A stretch of DNA of 64,000 nt from Anaerovoracaceae bacterium (GCA_045643345.1 JAZUKP010000033.1:454-64453); one strand, 5' to 3'; positions 42,137-52,335 are shown, numbered from the stretch's first letter. The notes: a model not told the origin generated them from the letters alone. Program-made: numbers and translations.

Positions 42137-44077
42137 ATGAAACAAGTAGAATCAAACGCCAGTCTTTGGGGCTGGAAGTACAGCGGCTTTAAGGTGGATC
42201 TTTTTGACAAAGTTTCACATCCCATATTAAAGCCTGTTCCGTTCAACTATAAGAACGGGGATTCCATTCCAATGATTAAGCCCATTCAGGGCCTTATCAA
42301 TGCCGAGGTTTTTTATGCGGCTTTAACTTCGCCGCACAAAGACTGTATTCTTCCCAGGCCGGATCATGTGGCAATCGGCACAAAATCCTTAAAGGCAGGC
42401 GAGGAGACTATCTATGTTGAATACCGGAGAAATCCCGGCATGGCAACAGACTGTGTAATGTACAGTCCATCAACCGGAGAACTTTCCGCCTGCAGAATTA
42501 AAGGTACCGGACTTGGCACAGAGTATTTCCGTTTAAAGGATGAAACCGGACAGGACGATTCGACGGCAATATATCTTGCCCTTCTCCCTACTCTTCAAAG
42601 CGGCATCGTAATGGACAGCATAGAAGATACCTTGAATGTGCTGCGTAATATTCGCAAGCCCTATGACCAGGAACGTTTGGACGAACTCTATGAAAGTTAC
42701 ATCTTGGTAGATGCCATAAAGCTATATGAAGCGGCAACAAGAACCAATCTTCTTCGGATAAATTGGCCGGATTCTGGCGAAAAATTACCGAAAATATCAA
42801 AGAAAATGATTTCTTCCGGTGAAGCCTGCCCTTCTCCAACAAAAATACTTGTTGGAAATTTCGAATTTTTGCGGCCGAGTACTTCTGCCGAAAGTATCAA
42901 CTTTGACCGGGCAAAATATGAAAATGCGCTTACTCCGGCAAGGAAATGGACAATCGAAGAAGAACGTCTAATCCCGAATCTTCCGAAAGATTTCGTTGTA
43001 ACGCAGGCCTTTGTTGATCTTTGCGACGCATTTTATATGGGCAAAGACAACTCCGGCATCCTGCGCATTACGCAGGCTCTTCTCGAAGGGTCTGCCGGAA
43101 CCGGTAAATCTGCCATGGGCCGAGCCTTTGCGGCAGTATTCCGCCTCCCGCTCGAAATCTATACTTGCGGAGACAGAGATACCAAGGAAGACATGGTAAT
43201 GACGATTATGCCTCTGGTAAGCAGCAATGAAGACGCATCTGCTTATGGTATATCTGAAGAAGAAAAAATAGCCTTAAACGCATTTTATGACTTTCAGGAA
43301 TCCGGCAGTCTGGATCCCGTGTGTCTTGCCCTGGGCCTTCCCACTTACGATGACTGCCTCGTTGATGCAGAAGGCGTATGGGAAGAACTGACCGGAAGAA
43401 CAGACGTCCCTGACACTTCGGAGATCTACAGAACACTTATTTCTTTTGCGACTGCAAAAATCAGCGCGATCGCAAAAAGAATTCCGAAAGATTCTGCCGT
43501 GCAGTATGTATCCATCAAGTCTTCCATTGTAAGAGCTATTGAAAATGGACATTTTCTGCTGTTTGAGGAAATTGGAAACCTTCGGGATGCCGGAGCACTA
43601 TCCTTCTTTAACGATGTGTTCGACAAAGAAGGTCTTGGGATTGTGAATACCATGTGCGGAGATATTAAGCGGCATGATGATTTTATCGTAATTGCCACAA
43701 CCAACCGCCCGGAAGATCCCGGTGTTCATGTAATGAATCCTGCTTTTCGCTCCAGGATGCAGTTCTTCCTTACGCTTGATAATCCTTCCGAAGATGTGAT
43801 TATGCAGCGAATCGGAAGCAAGTGCGGCATAACAGATGAGAATCTTCTTCGTAATATTACAGAAGTGTATCTAAAAACCGAACAAGCAGGACGCGATATC
43901 GGCGCCAATGCCTATCTTACTCTCCGCTCGGTATTTACTTTCGCCAATGCAATAAAATGCGGAATGGACATCCACAAAGCATTTACCAACTTCATTTTAT
44001 ATGCCGTCACAACGACTTACGACGAAACCCAGGATATCCTGGCTGCGGTAGAAGATTGTGCTCTTTTTGCGTCTTAA
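42137..44077 (+). CDS. AAA+ ATPase (MoxR/CobS/AAA_5-like) with ~300-aa N-terminal extension
   Basis: Walker A GSAGTGKS (43088-43111), Walker B HFLLFEEIG and sensor region ATTNRPED. ATG 42137 follows GAGGTAG. Confidence 0.7.
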   Translation: MKQVESNASLWGWKYSGFKVDLFDKVSHPILKPVPFNYKNGDSIPMIKPIQGLINAEVFYAALTSPHKDCILPRPDHVAIGTKSLKAGEETIYVEYRRNPGMATDCVMYSPSTGELSACRIKGTGLGTEYFRLKDETGQDDSTAIYLALLPTLQSGIVMDSIEDTLNVLRNIRKPYDQERLDELYESYILVDAIKLYEAATRTNLLRINWPDSGEKLPKISKKMISSGEACPSPTKILVGNFEFLRPSTSAESINFDRAKYENALTPARKWTIEEERLIPNLPKDFVVTQAFVDLCDAFYMGKDNSGILRITQALLEGSAGTGKSAMGRAFAAVFRLPLEIYTCGDRDTKEDMVMTIMPLVSSNEDASAYGISEEEKIALNAFYDFQESGSLDPVCLALGLPTYDDCLVDAEGVWEELTGRTDVPDTSEIYRTLISFATAKISAIAKRIPKDSAVQYVSIKSSIVRAIENGHFLLFEEIGNLRDAGALSFFNDVFDKEGLGIVNTMCGDIKRHDDFIVIATTNRPEDPGVHVMNPAFRSRMQFFLTLDNPSEDVIMQRIGSKCGITDENLLRNITEVYLKTEQAGRDIGANAYLTLRSVFTFANAIKCGMDIHKAFTNFILYAVTTTYDETQDILAAVEDCALFAS

Positions 44078-44106
44078 TTCTGTATTTTGAAAATTAGAGG
44101 AGAAAA

Positions 44107-46203
44107 ATGAATACAACTATAAAAAAATCAAGAAAGTGGTTTTTTGAGCGGCTGAAAAATTCCAACCGGCTGAAAACCTATCTTACATTAAAAGCTCGTG
44201 CGGTTCATAAAGATTTTGGCATCGCAGATGCAAAAATACGGCTTGTAAGTAAACCGGCAGGCATGATTGCCTGCACAAATAATGAAGAATATGTTCTCAA
44301 TACGGGGCATAAGCAGTTTTATGAGGGGCTGGATGAAGAGGAAACCTTCATTCGCCTCCTTGGTGTTCTCCTTCACGAAATCGGACATAGACTCTTTACA
44401 CCATTTACAGCATTTAAACTTTGGGCCGGGGCTTTACGCTCCGGCACCTTTTATCCTGCAGAGCCTGTACTGCTTGGCTCAATGAATAAAAGTTATCAAG
44501 AAGTAAAAATGTTCATATCCAAAAAGGAACAGGCACAGCTTCTTATATCCAATGTGGGGCAGCTGCTTTTTAATGTATTAGAGGATGCCAGGGAAGAAGA
44601 GCTTTGTCTTGATTACTGCTCCCGGCATAGGACGCTTTATCAGGGCCTACTTTTTGACCGGGAATTATCTTCAGAAAGAGATCTACCTTTCTCCGTAGCG
44701 AATTTAATGTATGAAGAAGGAACGCCGCAGAATAAGATCTCCGCTTTGATGTCCCTAATTCTTCATTATGCGAAGTTTACTGACATTAAAGATGATGAAG
44801 AAGCAGATATAACGGTAACGAATCTCTATCAAACTATCTCCGGCATCATTCCCTATATTGACACATATCTTACCGCAAGAACTGCCGTAGATATGTTTTC
44901 AGCATTAAACCTTGTATTGCTGTCAATATGGCCGGAAATAAAGGAGTTTTTTGAAGCAATGAAGAACCCAAAGGATCTTTCAGATGAATCAGAAAAAGCC
45001 GAATCAAGCGGCAGCTCGCCGGAATATTCAGAAGATGAAATCACGGAGGAAGAAGCTCCGGAAGATATATCTCTATCAGAAGAAGAAATTGAAGCATGCA
45101 CAAAAGCACTTTCTGCTGTTATGGATAACCTCATTGATCATCCGGAAGACCTGGAAGATTTAACCGGATCTGGAACCGATAGCGATTCCATGGACGCCTT
45201 ACTGGGGGATATGGATTGTGAATCAGTCCCAGAGGGAAGCGAGGAATTAAGCGAGGGTAAATTTCGAGCAAAAAAAGACTTGGATTCTCTTCTATCTGAA
45301 ATAAAGAGGGATAAAGAGGAAGAAGAAGCCGAAAAAAAGCTGAAAGAAACACTTAAAGATATCGGGAAAGATGTAAATATAGCGGACATTCACAAGGGGG
45401 TAAATATTGTAATTAAAAGACCCGATTATGATGAATCCAATCAGGCGGTATATAACGATATTGCTTCCCCACTAAAAAAGGTTGCAGCTATTATGGCCCG
45501 GAAATCCGTATTTTTCGATGAAACTGGAGAACAAATACTTACGAACCGTTACTACGGAAGTAAGCTGAATGCTCCCAGCTTCGCAAGAAACGATTTCAAA
45601 TTCTTTAAAAAACTCGTAGAAGGAGAACCCGGTTATGATATAGCTGTCAGTGTCCTTGTGGACGAAAGCGGAAGTATGAGCTGTGATAGAAGATATATTG
45701 CTGCAAGGGACACAGCCATTGTATTGTATGAATACTGCAATCTTCTCAATATTCCGATTGCAATATATGGACATTCGACAACCTATGAATGTTCCCGGGA
45801 AGACCTATTGATGATTCCCTATGCAGATTATGACAGGGAGTGCGATAAGGATAAATACCGGCTCGCGCAAATCTCTGCCAAATCAAACAATCGTGATGGC
45901 TTTGCCTTGGAGTTTATGCGTTGCCGTCTTGCTCGTCGCTCGGAACATACAAAGCTTTTGTTTATCATCAGCGACGGAGAACCTTATGCCAATGGATATT
46001 ATGGAGCGGAAGCAAATGCAGACCTTCATAATGTAGCGCAGCAATGCGAGAAGGACAATATCATCTTGATTGCCGCAGCCATAGGTTCTGATAAGGAGGA
46101 AATCAAGCAGATCTACGGAGAAACCCACTTTCTTGATATTTCTGACTTAAATGCGATGCCAACAAAATTGGTATCCTTAATTAAAAGACGGATAAGAAAA
46201 TAG
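44107..46203 (+). CDS. vWA-domain protein (CobT-like) with N-terminal HExxH motif
   Basis: MIDAS DESGSMS (45661-45678). LLFIISDGEPY. N-terminal LLHEIGHRLFT (HEIGH 44374-44388). Acidic low-complexity middle. Confidence 0.7.
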   Translation: MNTTIKKSRKWFFERLKNSNRLKTYLTLKARAVHKDFGIADAKIRLVSKPAGMIACTNNEEYVLNTGHKQFYEGLDEEETFIRLLGVLLHEIGHRLFTPFTAFKLWAGALRSGTFYPAEPVLLGSMNKSYQEVKMFISKKEQAQLLISNVGQLLFNVLEDAREEELCLDYCSRHRTLYQGLLFDRELSSERDLPFSVANLMYEEGTPQNKISALMSLILHYAKFTDIKDDEEADITVTNLYQTISGIIPYIDTYLTARTAVDMFSALNLVLLSIWPEIKEFFEAMKNPKDLSDESEKAESSGSSPEYSEDEITEEEAPEDISLSEEEIEACTKALSAVMDNLIDHPEDLEDLTGSGTDSDSMDALLGDMDCESVPEGSEELSEGKFRAKKDLDSLLSEIKRDKEEEEAEKKLKETLKDIGKDVNIADIHKGVNIVIKRPDYDESNQAVYNDIASPLKKVAAIMARKSVFFDETGEQILTNRYYGSKLNAPSFARNDFKFFKKLVEGEPGYDIAVSVLVDESGSMSCDRRYIAARDTAIVLYEYCNLLNIPIAIYGHSTTYECSREDLLMIPYADYDRECDKDKYRLAQISAKSNNRDGFALEFMRCRLARRSEHTKLLFIISDGEPYANGYYGAEANADLHNVAQQCEKDNIILIAAAIGSDKEEIKQIYGETHFLDISDLNAMPTKLVSLIKRRIRK

Positions 46204-46280
46204 AAGAATTGAAAGAAAAAAGTATTAAAGGAGGGACCATTTATGGCCCCTCCTTTGCCTTCACGCAAAAAATCCAACAT

Positions 46281-46376
46281 TTACAAGCAAAAAAAAGAAT
46301 GTTAAAATAATTATACCTTTTTAGTTTAACGCCCTTAGAAGCATTACGCCTTTGACGGGCAGCCAGTATTATAGTA
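46281..46376 (+). promoter_or_regulatory. structured leader copy E (truncated, no ORF)
   Basis: Promoter TTACAA-16-TAAAAT (46281-46308). Stem-loop GCCC-tta-GAAG-cattacgc-CTTT-gac-GGGC (46331-46360). Box GCCAGTATTATAGT. It lacks the usual terminator and SD. Confidence 0.5.
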
Positions 46377-46449
46377 CCTTTCGTTTTTTTATGGTGTTTT
46401 TTCACCGGCGAATTTCGCGAGAGACTATGACAATTTAAGTGATGGAAAG

Positions 46450-46480
46450 AGAGGGGTTTTCCCCTCTTTTTCTTTTTTTC
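46450..46480 (+). terminator. intrinsic terminator
   Basis: AGAGGGG-tttt-CCCCTCT followed by a long T-rich run. Confidence 0.75.
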
Positions 46481-46481
46481 T

Positions 46482-46618
46482 TTGACAAACCCAAATTTTC
46501 AGATATAATGAGAATGTAATTTAATTTGTAGCTTGCCGAAGCATTACGACTTCAACGAGCCGCCAGTATTATATTAAAGTGTTAATTTGCGATTTTTTAA
46601 ATAAAATCGCTTTTTTTG
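46482..46618 (+). promoter_or_regulatory. structured leader copy D
   Basis: Promoter TTGACA-16-TATAAT (46482-46509). Stem-loop GCTTG-cc-GAAG-cattacga-CTTC-aa-CGAGC (46531-46560). Box GCCAGTATTATATT. Hairpin GCGATTTT-ttaaat-AAAATCGC plus T7 (46589-46617). Confidence 0.6.
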
Positions 46619-46643
46619 TGTCTTAATTTAAGGAGGAAAATGA

Positions 46644-46886
46644 ATGATTGAACACTACGACACGCAAAGAGGCTACCTACTTCGGCTGCCTCCCGGAATC
46701 ACATCCGGAAACTATCTTGGATTTACCCTGAAAAAAGGCTTTTTTTACGGCCGCGATCAGGACGGAATCCCCATAGCTTACACAGGGTCCTTGACTGAGC
46801 CACACTTTATCTACAAGCTGCAGGCCGGGAAGTGGACGCCTTGTGATATAAGCCATGAAGCTTTGACCGCATTGATTGTAGGTTGA
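46644..46886 (+). CDS. hypothetical small protein
   Basis: 80 aa. AAGGAGG SD. First gene behind leader D. Confidence 0.45.
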   Translation: MIEHYDTQRGYLLRLPPGITSGNYLGFTLKKGFFYGRDQDGIPIAYTGSLTEPHFIYKLQAGKWTPCDISHEALTALIVG

Positions 46887-46918
46887 TAGTAGTTAATTCA
46901 ATGAACGCAGATAAATGG

Positions 46919-46949
46919 ATAGGCAATAATAGATGATGCCTATTTTTTT
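46919..46949 (+). terminator. intrinsic terminator
   Basis: ATAGGCA-loop-TGCCTAT plus T7. Confidence 0.6.
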
Positions 46950-47024
46950 ATTTGCCAAATTAAAACATTCTCGCCCCCGTATAAGTATTGTTATGCGGGT
47001 TCGAAGTGTAGAGAGGATTTTAGA

Positions 47025-48242
47025 ATGGAAAATTTAAACAAAAATACTGTTTCTATATCAAGGAACAACTATGCCGACTTCTTTGATACTCTTTCAGAGA
47101 TACAGGCAAGAGATATCTGGGAAGAATATTTATCTGAAGAACTTTCTGTTGGATATATGGTGCCGGGTGACACCCCGCCCTATTTTTTTCTGGCAGATAA
47201 ATCTCAGATAGACGATTTCACAGTACACGGGGGATTCTATCTGACAATATCAGATAAGACCTATATCATGCACAAAATTGCTCTGGATACGCTCATGGAC
47301 CGTGCAGGAATCAAGTCTGTTCTGTCCGCATCTTGCTTATCCAATAAGGAAGCGGAAGCAGATATTTCCCTTCTTGTGAATCTGATTAACGTCGGTCTTT
47401 CCCATTTCGGGAAAAAGAATACAAAAGTATTGTTCCGAGGTGGTCAGGTAATGGCCGTACACAGCAATCTTTACAGTGCTATGTCGCAGGCAGACGGACT
47501 GCAACTGATCAACGAAAGATTCTCCGATATGTTTAGTTCACCTGAATTCATCAAAGGAACCTTTGAATTTGATCGGACAGAAATTGTGTATAAAGTCTTC
47601 GACGCAGCAGACCCGCTGATGGAAGAATACGAAAAAGCCTGGAAGAAAGCCGGACTTTCCTGCAGTGAATTCTTAAAGAATTCCGCCTATGCAAGAATCG
47701 TTACATCAGATGTCGGAAATTACACTTTCGGAATTACGCCGTTTCTTACCATCGGGAAGACCTGGGTGCCGCTGTCCAAAGACCTTGAAGTAAAGCATCG
47801 CGGCTCCAACGAGATTGCCATGCTGAATTCATGTGTAGACAACTGCTTCACCCTTGCATCCCAGACCTTAAAAGAAGACATTCCGAGACTGCTTGGAACA
47901 ATTCTTGAATATCCCCAGCCGGCATTGGTTCGCATCCTTGAAAAACAGAAAATCACAGCAGGTGGTTCCAAACAGCTTGCCCGCAAGCTCGTTTCAAACT
48001 TCGAGGCAATGTACGACACCTATTCTACTGTCGTTAACGAATATGGTGTTACCGTACCCTCTCCGGATCGGGATATTTTATGTGCGTTTGATCTTTATTG
48101 CTTCGTTGCAGATATGCAGTATCTGCCCGAATTTAATAAGTTAAACGAAATCACACAGATTAAGCTAATTGAAAAGATTTTTTCAATCTTAAAAATGGAC
48201 TTTGCAGATCTGGACAAAGATGGTCCGCGCAACATTGATTAA
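47025..48242 (+). CDS. DUF932-like protein (tentative)
   Basis: The pattern IALDTLMDRAGIK...VMAVHSNLYSAMSQADGLQLI...ARIVTSDVGNYTFGITPFL resembles phage/plasmid DUF932 proteins. Confidence 0.4.
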   Translation: MENLNKNTVSISRNNYADFFDTLSEIQARDIWEEYLSEELSVGYMVPGDTPPYFFLADKSQIDDFTVHGGFYLTISDKTYIMHKIALDTLMDRAGIKSVLSASCLSNKEAEADISLLVNLINVGLSHFGKKNTKVLFRGGQVMAVHSNLYSAMSQADGLQLINERFSDMFSSPEFIKGTFEFDRTEIVYKVFDAADPLMEEYEKAWKKAGLSCSEFLKNSAYARIVTSDVGNYTFGITPFLTIGKTWVPLSKDLEVKHRGSNEIAMLNSCVDNCFTLASQTLKEDIPRLLGTILEYPQPALVRILEKQKITAGGSKQLARKLVSNFEAMYDTYSTVVNEYGVTVPSPDRDILCAFDLYCFVADMQYLPEFNKLNEITQIKLIEKIFSILKMDFADLDKDGPRNID

Positions 48243-48264
48243 CGATAAAGAAAGGAAATATAAA

Positions 48265-49461
48265 ATGTCTACATTAGAAAAGAAGAGAATCCCCGGAACC
48301 GAAATGTTCATCCTTGCTGATATGGTTGCCGAAACCAAGGAATACAAAGAAGGAAAAATAACTCTTGCAGAGTATTGTAAGCGTTTCGAAGAAAAAAGAC
48401 GCTCTGCATCCCTTTACGGAATCTTATGCTCTGTGGGCGGATCCGACACCTCAACAATTCTCGGATTATCCCCATGGAACCTGCCGTCAGAACTTGCAAA
48501 AAAACTGAGAAAGCAGCTCGCCGGCACAAACAAGGAAGAAACGAACTCCTGGGAGCAGGAGTTTTTATTTTTCAGGGGACATGCATTCGAAGATTCCATA
48601 AAAGAGATCTTTGCGTTTGTTATTTCGCATGAACACCCGGAACTTGCCATCAAGGTGGAAGACTTCCCCTACCAGATCGTAAATGAGAATTGGCCGCATT
48701 GTATCGCCAATGTAGACGGGATCGTTTGGGAGAACGGGAAACCGGGAATTTTGGAGATCAAAACAACAGATGCCTTTTCCAGCACGGCCAAGGACTTCTT
48801 TGAATATGGAGAAGTCCCCGAATACTATATGAGCCAGGTACAGTTTTATATGCAGGTACTCAACATGGACTTTACCTACATTGTATGCAGTAAAGACCTG
48901 TCCCGCAGAGGCGTTACATATATCCGCATTAACCGGGATGAAGAGTATGGCAAATATATTATGGATAAAGCTGAAGAGTTCGTTGAAAAAGTCATCAAAG
49001 GGCTTCCTATTGATGATTCCTGCGTAAAAAACGAAAGCCTCATTAAGAAAAAGGTTGATGAGCTGGTCGGGGACGGAGATCCGCTGCTTCCGGAGCTTAC
49101 CCTGAACGAATCTTATGGGGAACTGATGGAACAGTATTTTATGCTTGCGGAACAGAAGAAAGAAGTCAGCGATTCATATAAGGAGAAGCGCTCCGAAGAA
49201 GCAAAGATTAAAAAACAGCTTGAAGGCATCGAAAGAGAACTTGCCCTTGCCATGGCTGAGAACACCGCAGGGAAACTTATTTATGGCGGTAAAGAATACC
49301 ACATAGAATTTCCTGCCGCCGATCAGAGCAAACCCGGTCCCGGTGCCATGAATTTGCTGAAAGACAAATATGCGGATGTATACGAAGCACTTTGTCTGGA
49401 ATGTCCGAATTCCCGCAAGATTAAATTATCTCAGGTGACAATTCAAAAGGAGGCTGTCTAA
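48265..49461 (+). CDS. YqaJ-type PD-(D/E)XK exonuclease with C-terminal coiled coil
   Basis: Start at ATG 48265. Motifs GLSPWNLPSEL, FRGHAFEDSI, ANVDGIV...GILEIKTT and YYMSQVQFYMQVL. Confidence 0.65.
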   Translation: MSTLEKKRIPGTEMFILADMVAETKEYKEGKITLAEYCKRFEEKRRSASLYGILCSVGGSDTSTILGLSPWNLPSELAKKLRKQLAGTNKEETNSWEQEFLFFRGHAFEDSIKEIFAFVISHEHPELAIKVEDFPYQIVNENWPHCIANVDGIVWENGKPGILEIKTTDAFSSTAKDFFEYGEVPEYYMSQVQFYMQVLNMDFTYIVCSKDLSRRGVTYIRINRDEEYGKYIMDKAEEFVEKVIKGLPIDDSCVKNESLIKKKVDELVGDGDPLLPELTLNESYGELMEQYFMLAEQKKEVSDSYKEKRSEEAKIKKQLEGIERELALAMAENTAGKLIYGGKEYHIEFPAADQSKPGPGAMNLLKDKYADVYEALCLECPNSRKIKLSQVTIQKEAV

Positions 49462-51719
49462 TGCTAACGCTCGAAAATTGCAGCTATGCATTTACGGTTT
49501 TCGAGAAGGATGGATTTAGGATTGCCCGCTATACAGCGGGCAATCCGATCACCCTTCCCGATGGAACCCAAAAAACGGGCTTTACTGCAAAAGGCCCCTG
49601 CCCCACGACTAAAGGCGTATCTTATTCGCTTACGGGAGAATTTGAAAAATATAACGATAGTTATACTTTCGCTCTTACGTCATACGAAGAAATGCTCCCG
49701 TCCGAAAAGGATGCCATCATCGCATACCTTTGCACGTTGGAAGGGGTCGGGAGGAAACTTGCAAAAAGGCTTTACGAAAGCTATCCGGGAAATATCTTTT
49801 ATATCTTGGAACATAGTCCTTCCGATATTGCAAAAATTAAGGGCATCAGCGAGAAAAAAGCTGCTGACATCGGAACGTCCTATGCCCGGCGCAACCAGTA
49901 CAAAGACCTGTTTGAATATCTTTTCAGATATAAAATTTCTGAAAGTGCTATCTTTGCGTTTTCACAGATGCACAAAGAACAGTCTTTGGCTGTTATAAAA
50001 GATAACCCCTACTCTCTCATGGAGATCCCAGGCATCAGCTTTTACGCAGCGGACAGAATTGCAAGGGCAGAAAAAATTGCAGCAGATGATATCCGAAGAA
50101 TAAAGGGAGGAATTCTTGAAGTGCTTGAAGAAGCAGAAAGCGGCGGGAATTTATTCGGTTTTTCAGATAGATATCCAAACTTCATTTACAGAAAGTTTCT
50201 ACGCAAACCGATTTTTGATCTTCTTGCAGCAAATAAGGTAAAGACCGTAACAGGAAGCACGTTTGTGCGCTATCCGGCGCTTTATCTAAAGCTCCTTGCA
50301 CTTCTTGACACGCCGGTAACCGAAGAACTGTTCCAGCGCTGCCTTGTAAGCCTGAAGATTACAGGGACAATCCACCTTGATAAAGGAGATAAGGCAGAAG
50401 ACGGAATTATCTTCAGGAAAGATACCTATGCTGCGGAAAAAGATGCTGCGGAAAAAATCCGCTATCTCTTATCCCGGAAAGCTGATGTCCCGGAAGACCT
50501 TACCGAGCGAATCGACTATGCGGAACGCATGCAGAGTATACGCCTATCGGCAGAGCAAAGAGAAGCTGTAAAAAATTCGCTGTCTACTTCTCTATCTGTA
50601 ATCACTGGCGGTCCCGGAACCGGTAAAACTTCTATCTTAAAAGTTCTAATTGATGTCTATACCAAGGCTTTCCCGGAGAAAAATGTTGTTCTATGCTCCC
50701 CTACCGGACGCGCAGCCAAGAGAATGACGGAATCCACCGGCTATCCGGCGTCAACCATTCATTCGCTTCTTGGGATCCGCTCTGATGCAGCAGTCTATAC
50801 CCACGCAGACATAGGGAGCAGCCTGATTATCGTGGATGAATCTTCCATGATAGGTGCAAAACTTTTTAATGCACTTCTGCAGTCTGTTGGGTCAAAGTCC
50901 CAGATTGTATTCGTTGGAGACGTTGATCAGCTGCCTTCCGTTGAAGTAGGAAGCTGCCTCCGGGAACTGATTGACTGCGGATGTATTCCGACGGTAAGAC
51001 TGACACAGACCTTCCGCCAGAAGGACGGATCGACAATCTCGCTTAATGCAGCTCGCATAAAAAACGGCGAAACCAAGCTCGAATATGCTTCCGATTTTGT
51101 TCTTTATGAGGCTGAAAATAGTCAGGATATAGCAGAGCGTATCGCAGATCTATACAAAAAGCACGTAGATGTCTTCGGCATTGATAACGTTCTTGTTCTT
51201 ACTCCGTTCTACAAAAACACCCTGACCGGAGCAAGACTTCTTAACGAGCGCCTGCGGGATATAATCTGCCCGCCGATTCCCGGCGATCTTCATATTGAAC
51301 GCGGAGACGTGTCTTATTACGAAGGGAACAGAATCATGTTCACAAAGAATACCGCAGAGCTATCCAACGGCGATATTGGAGAGATAAAAAAAATCATCAT
51401 GGCTGCGGGAAAACCTGCTCTTGTCTGCGACTTTGAGGGCTGCGAAATAGAGCTTACCGGCGACGAACTTAACAACATCCGTCTTGCCTACGCCCTCACC
51501 GTGCATAAGGCACAGGGCGCCGAAGCTCCGGTTTGCATCTTCGCACTCGACAAGGCGCACTCTATTCTTGCGCAGCGGCCGCTGATCTATACGGCTATAT
51601 CAAGAGCTAAACAGAAATGTATCCTTGTCGGACAGGAAGAAGTTCTTACCAAAGGAATCATGAATCAGGAGACAGAACACCGAGCGTCAATTTTAGGACA
51701 ACAAATTAACCAAAAGTAA
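49461..51719 (+). CDS. RecD2-like SF1 helicase
   Basis: GGPGTGKT, SPTGRAAKRM, IIVDESSM, VGDVDQLPSV, TVHKAQGAE and YTAISRAK. The N-terminal HhH region is as in RecD2/YrrC. Confidence 0.85.
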   Translation: MLTLENCSYAFTVFEKDGFRIARYTAGNPITLPDGTQKTGFTAKGPCPTTKGVSYSLTGEFEKYNDSYTFALTSYEEMLPSEKDAIIAYLCTLEGVGRKLAKRLYESYPGNIFYILEHSPSDIAKIKGISEKKAADIGTSYARRNQYKDLFEYLFRYKISESAIFAFSQMHKEQSLAVIKDNPYSLMEIPGISFYAADRIARAEKIAADDIRRIKGGILEVLEEAESGGNLFGFSDRYPNFIYRKFLRKPIFDLLAANKVKTVTGSTFVRYPALYLKLLALLDTPVTEELFQRCLVSLKITGTIHLDKGDKAEDGIIFRKDTYAAEKDAAEKIRYLLSRKADVPEDLTERIDYAERMQSIRLSAEQREAVKNSLSTSLSVITGGPGTGKTSILKVLIDVYTKAFPEKNVVLCSPTGRAAKRMTESTGYPASTIHSLLGIRSDAAVYTHADIGSSLIIVDESSMIGAKLFNALLQSVGSKSQIVFVGDVDQLPSVEVGSCLRELIDCGCIPTVRLTQTFRQKDGSTISLNAARIKNGETKLEYASDFVLYEAENSQDIAERIADLYKKHVDVFGIDNVLVLTPFYKNTLTGARLLNERLRDIICPPIPGDLHIERGDVSYYEGNRIMFTKNTAELSNGDIGEIKKIIMAAGKPALVCDFEGCEIELTGDELNNIRLAYALTVHKAQGAEAPVCIFALDKAHSILAQRPLIYTAISRAKQKCILVGQEEVLTKGIMNQETEHRASILGQQINQK

Positions 51720-51723
51720 TCAA

Positions 51724-51753
51724 TCCAGGTGCAGAAAAAAAACTGCACCTGGA
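51724..51753. terminator. bidirectional terminator
   Basis: TCCAGGTGCAG-a8-CTGCACCTGGA flanked by A/T runs. Confidence 0.7.
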
Positions 51754-51871
51754 TAAAAAAAAGGAGAATTCTTTTAAAAAAAGGCGAAAAAAAGCCGAAA
51801 TTTCTATCTAAGATATTTTTTTAAAAACCCGATAAACTTTGAAATATCAACGTTTACCGGGATTTTGGCGT

Positions 51872-52286
51872 TTCCGTACTAAATGTAGCATTTGAGATAA
51901 AAAAACGGGCAAATTGTTAACCGTAAAATGATTATGTAAGCTATGCACATTTAAGAGAATAGTGATGAAATATATTGAAATTTCAACACTTTCTTTATGT
52001 TAGATAAAATTAAGGCTCTTAGCGGTTTCCGTACTAAATGTAGCATTTGCCACCCCTTTTTTGATTCCGTACTTACGTGTGTTTTTGATTGCACACAAAA
52101 TAAATTACTTTGTGTTTTTAACTACACATAATAATATTTACTTTGTGTTTTTCGGGTGTTATAATAATCAAAAAATAAAAGATTGCTGCTCCGTACCAAA
52201 TGTAGCGTTTCTCCGTACTAAATGTAGTAATTACCCCCTTTTATCCGTAGTAAATGTAGCATTTCCCCGTACTAAATGTAGCAATC
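51872..52286 (+). repeat. replication origin region: six ~22-bp iterons YCCGTACTAAATGTAGCATTT plus three TTACKTKTGTGTTTTT repeats
   Basis: Iterons lie at 51872, 52027, 52189, 52211, 52243 and 52265. The last four are near-tandem, just upstream of the Rep gene. AT-rich repeats lie at ~52072, 52105 and 52138. Confidence 0.75.
51975..51986. promoter_or_regulatory. TTGAAATTTCAA palindrome (site 1)
   Basis: A perfect 12-bp palindrome between the distal iterons. Identical sites lie at 55467, 60507 and 60622. Confidence 0.5.
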
Positions 52287-52335
52287 TACTATAATATAAA
52301 ATACTATAAATATTTAAAAGAGAAAGACTTCCATT

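Noticed and set aside
51872-52286. The repeat arrays (iterons, and also the AT-rich field at 56796-57135) as a possible CRISPR array.
   Set aside because: The repeats are 22 bp, directly abutting or irregularly spaced, with no unique spacers of uniform length. No cas genes are present. The position upstream of a Rep_3 gene fits iterons.
52061-52294. 77-aa ORF inside the origin region.
   Set aside because: It is made entirely of iterons and AT-rich origin repeats. It has a TTG start and no SD.
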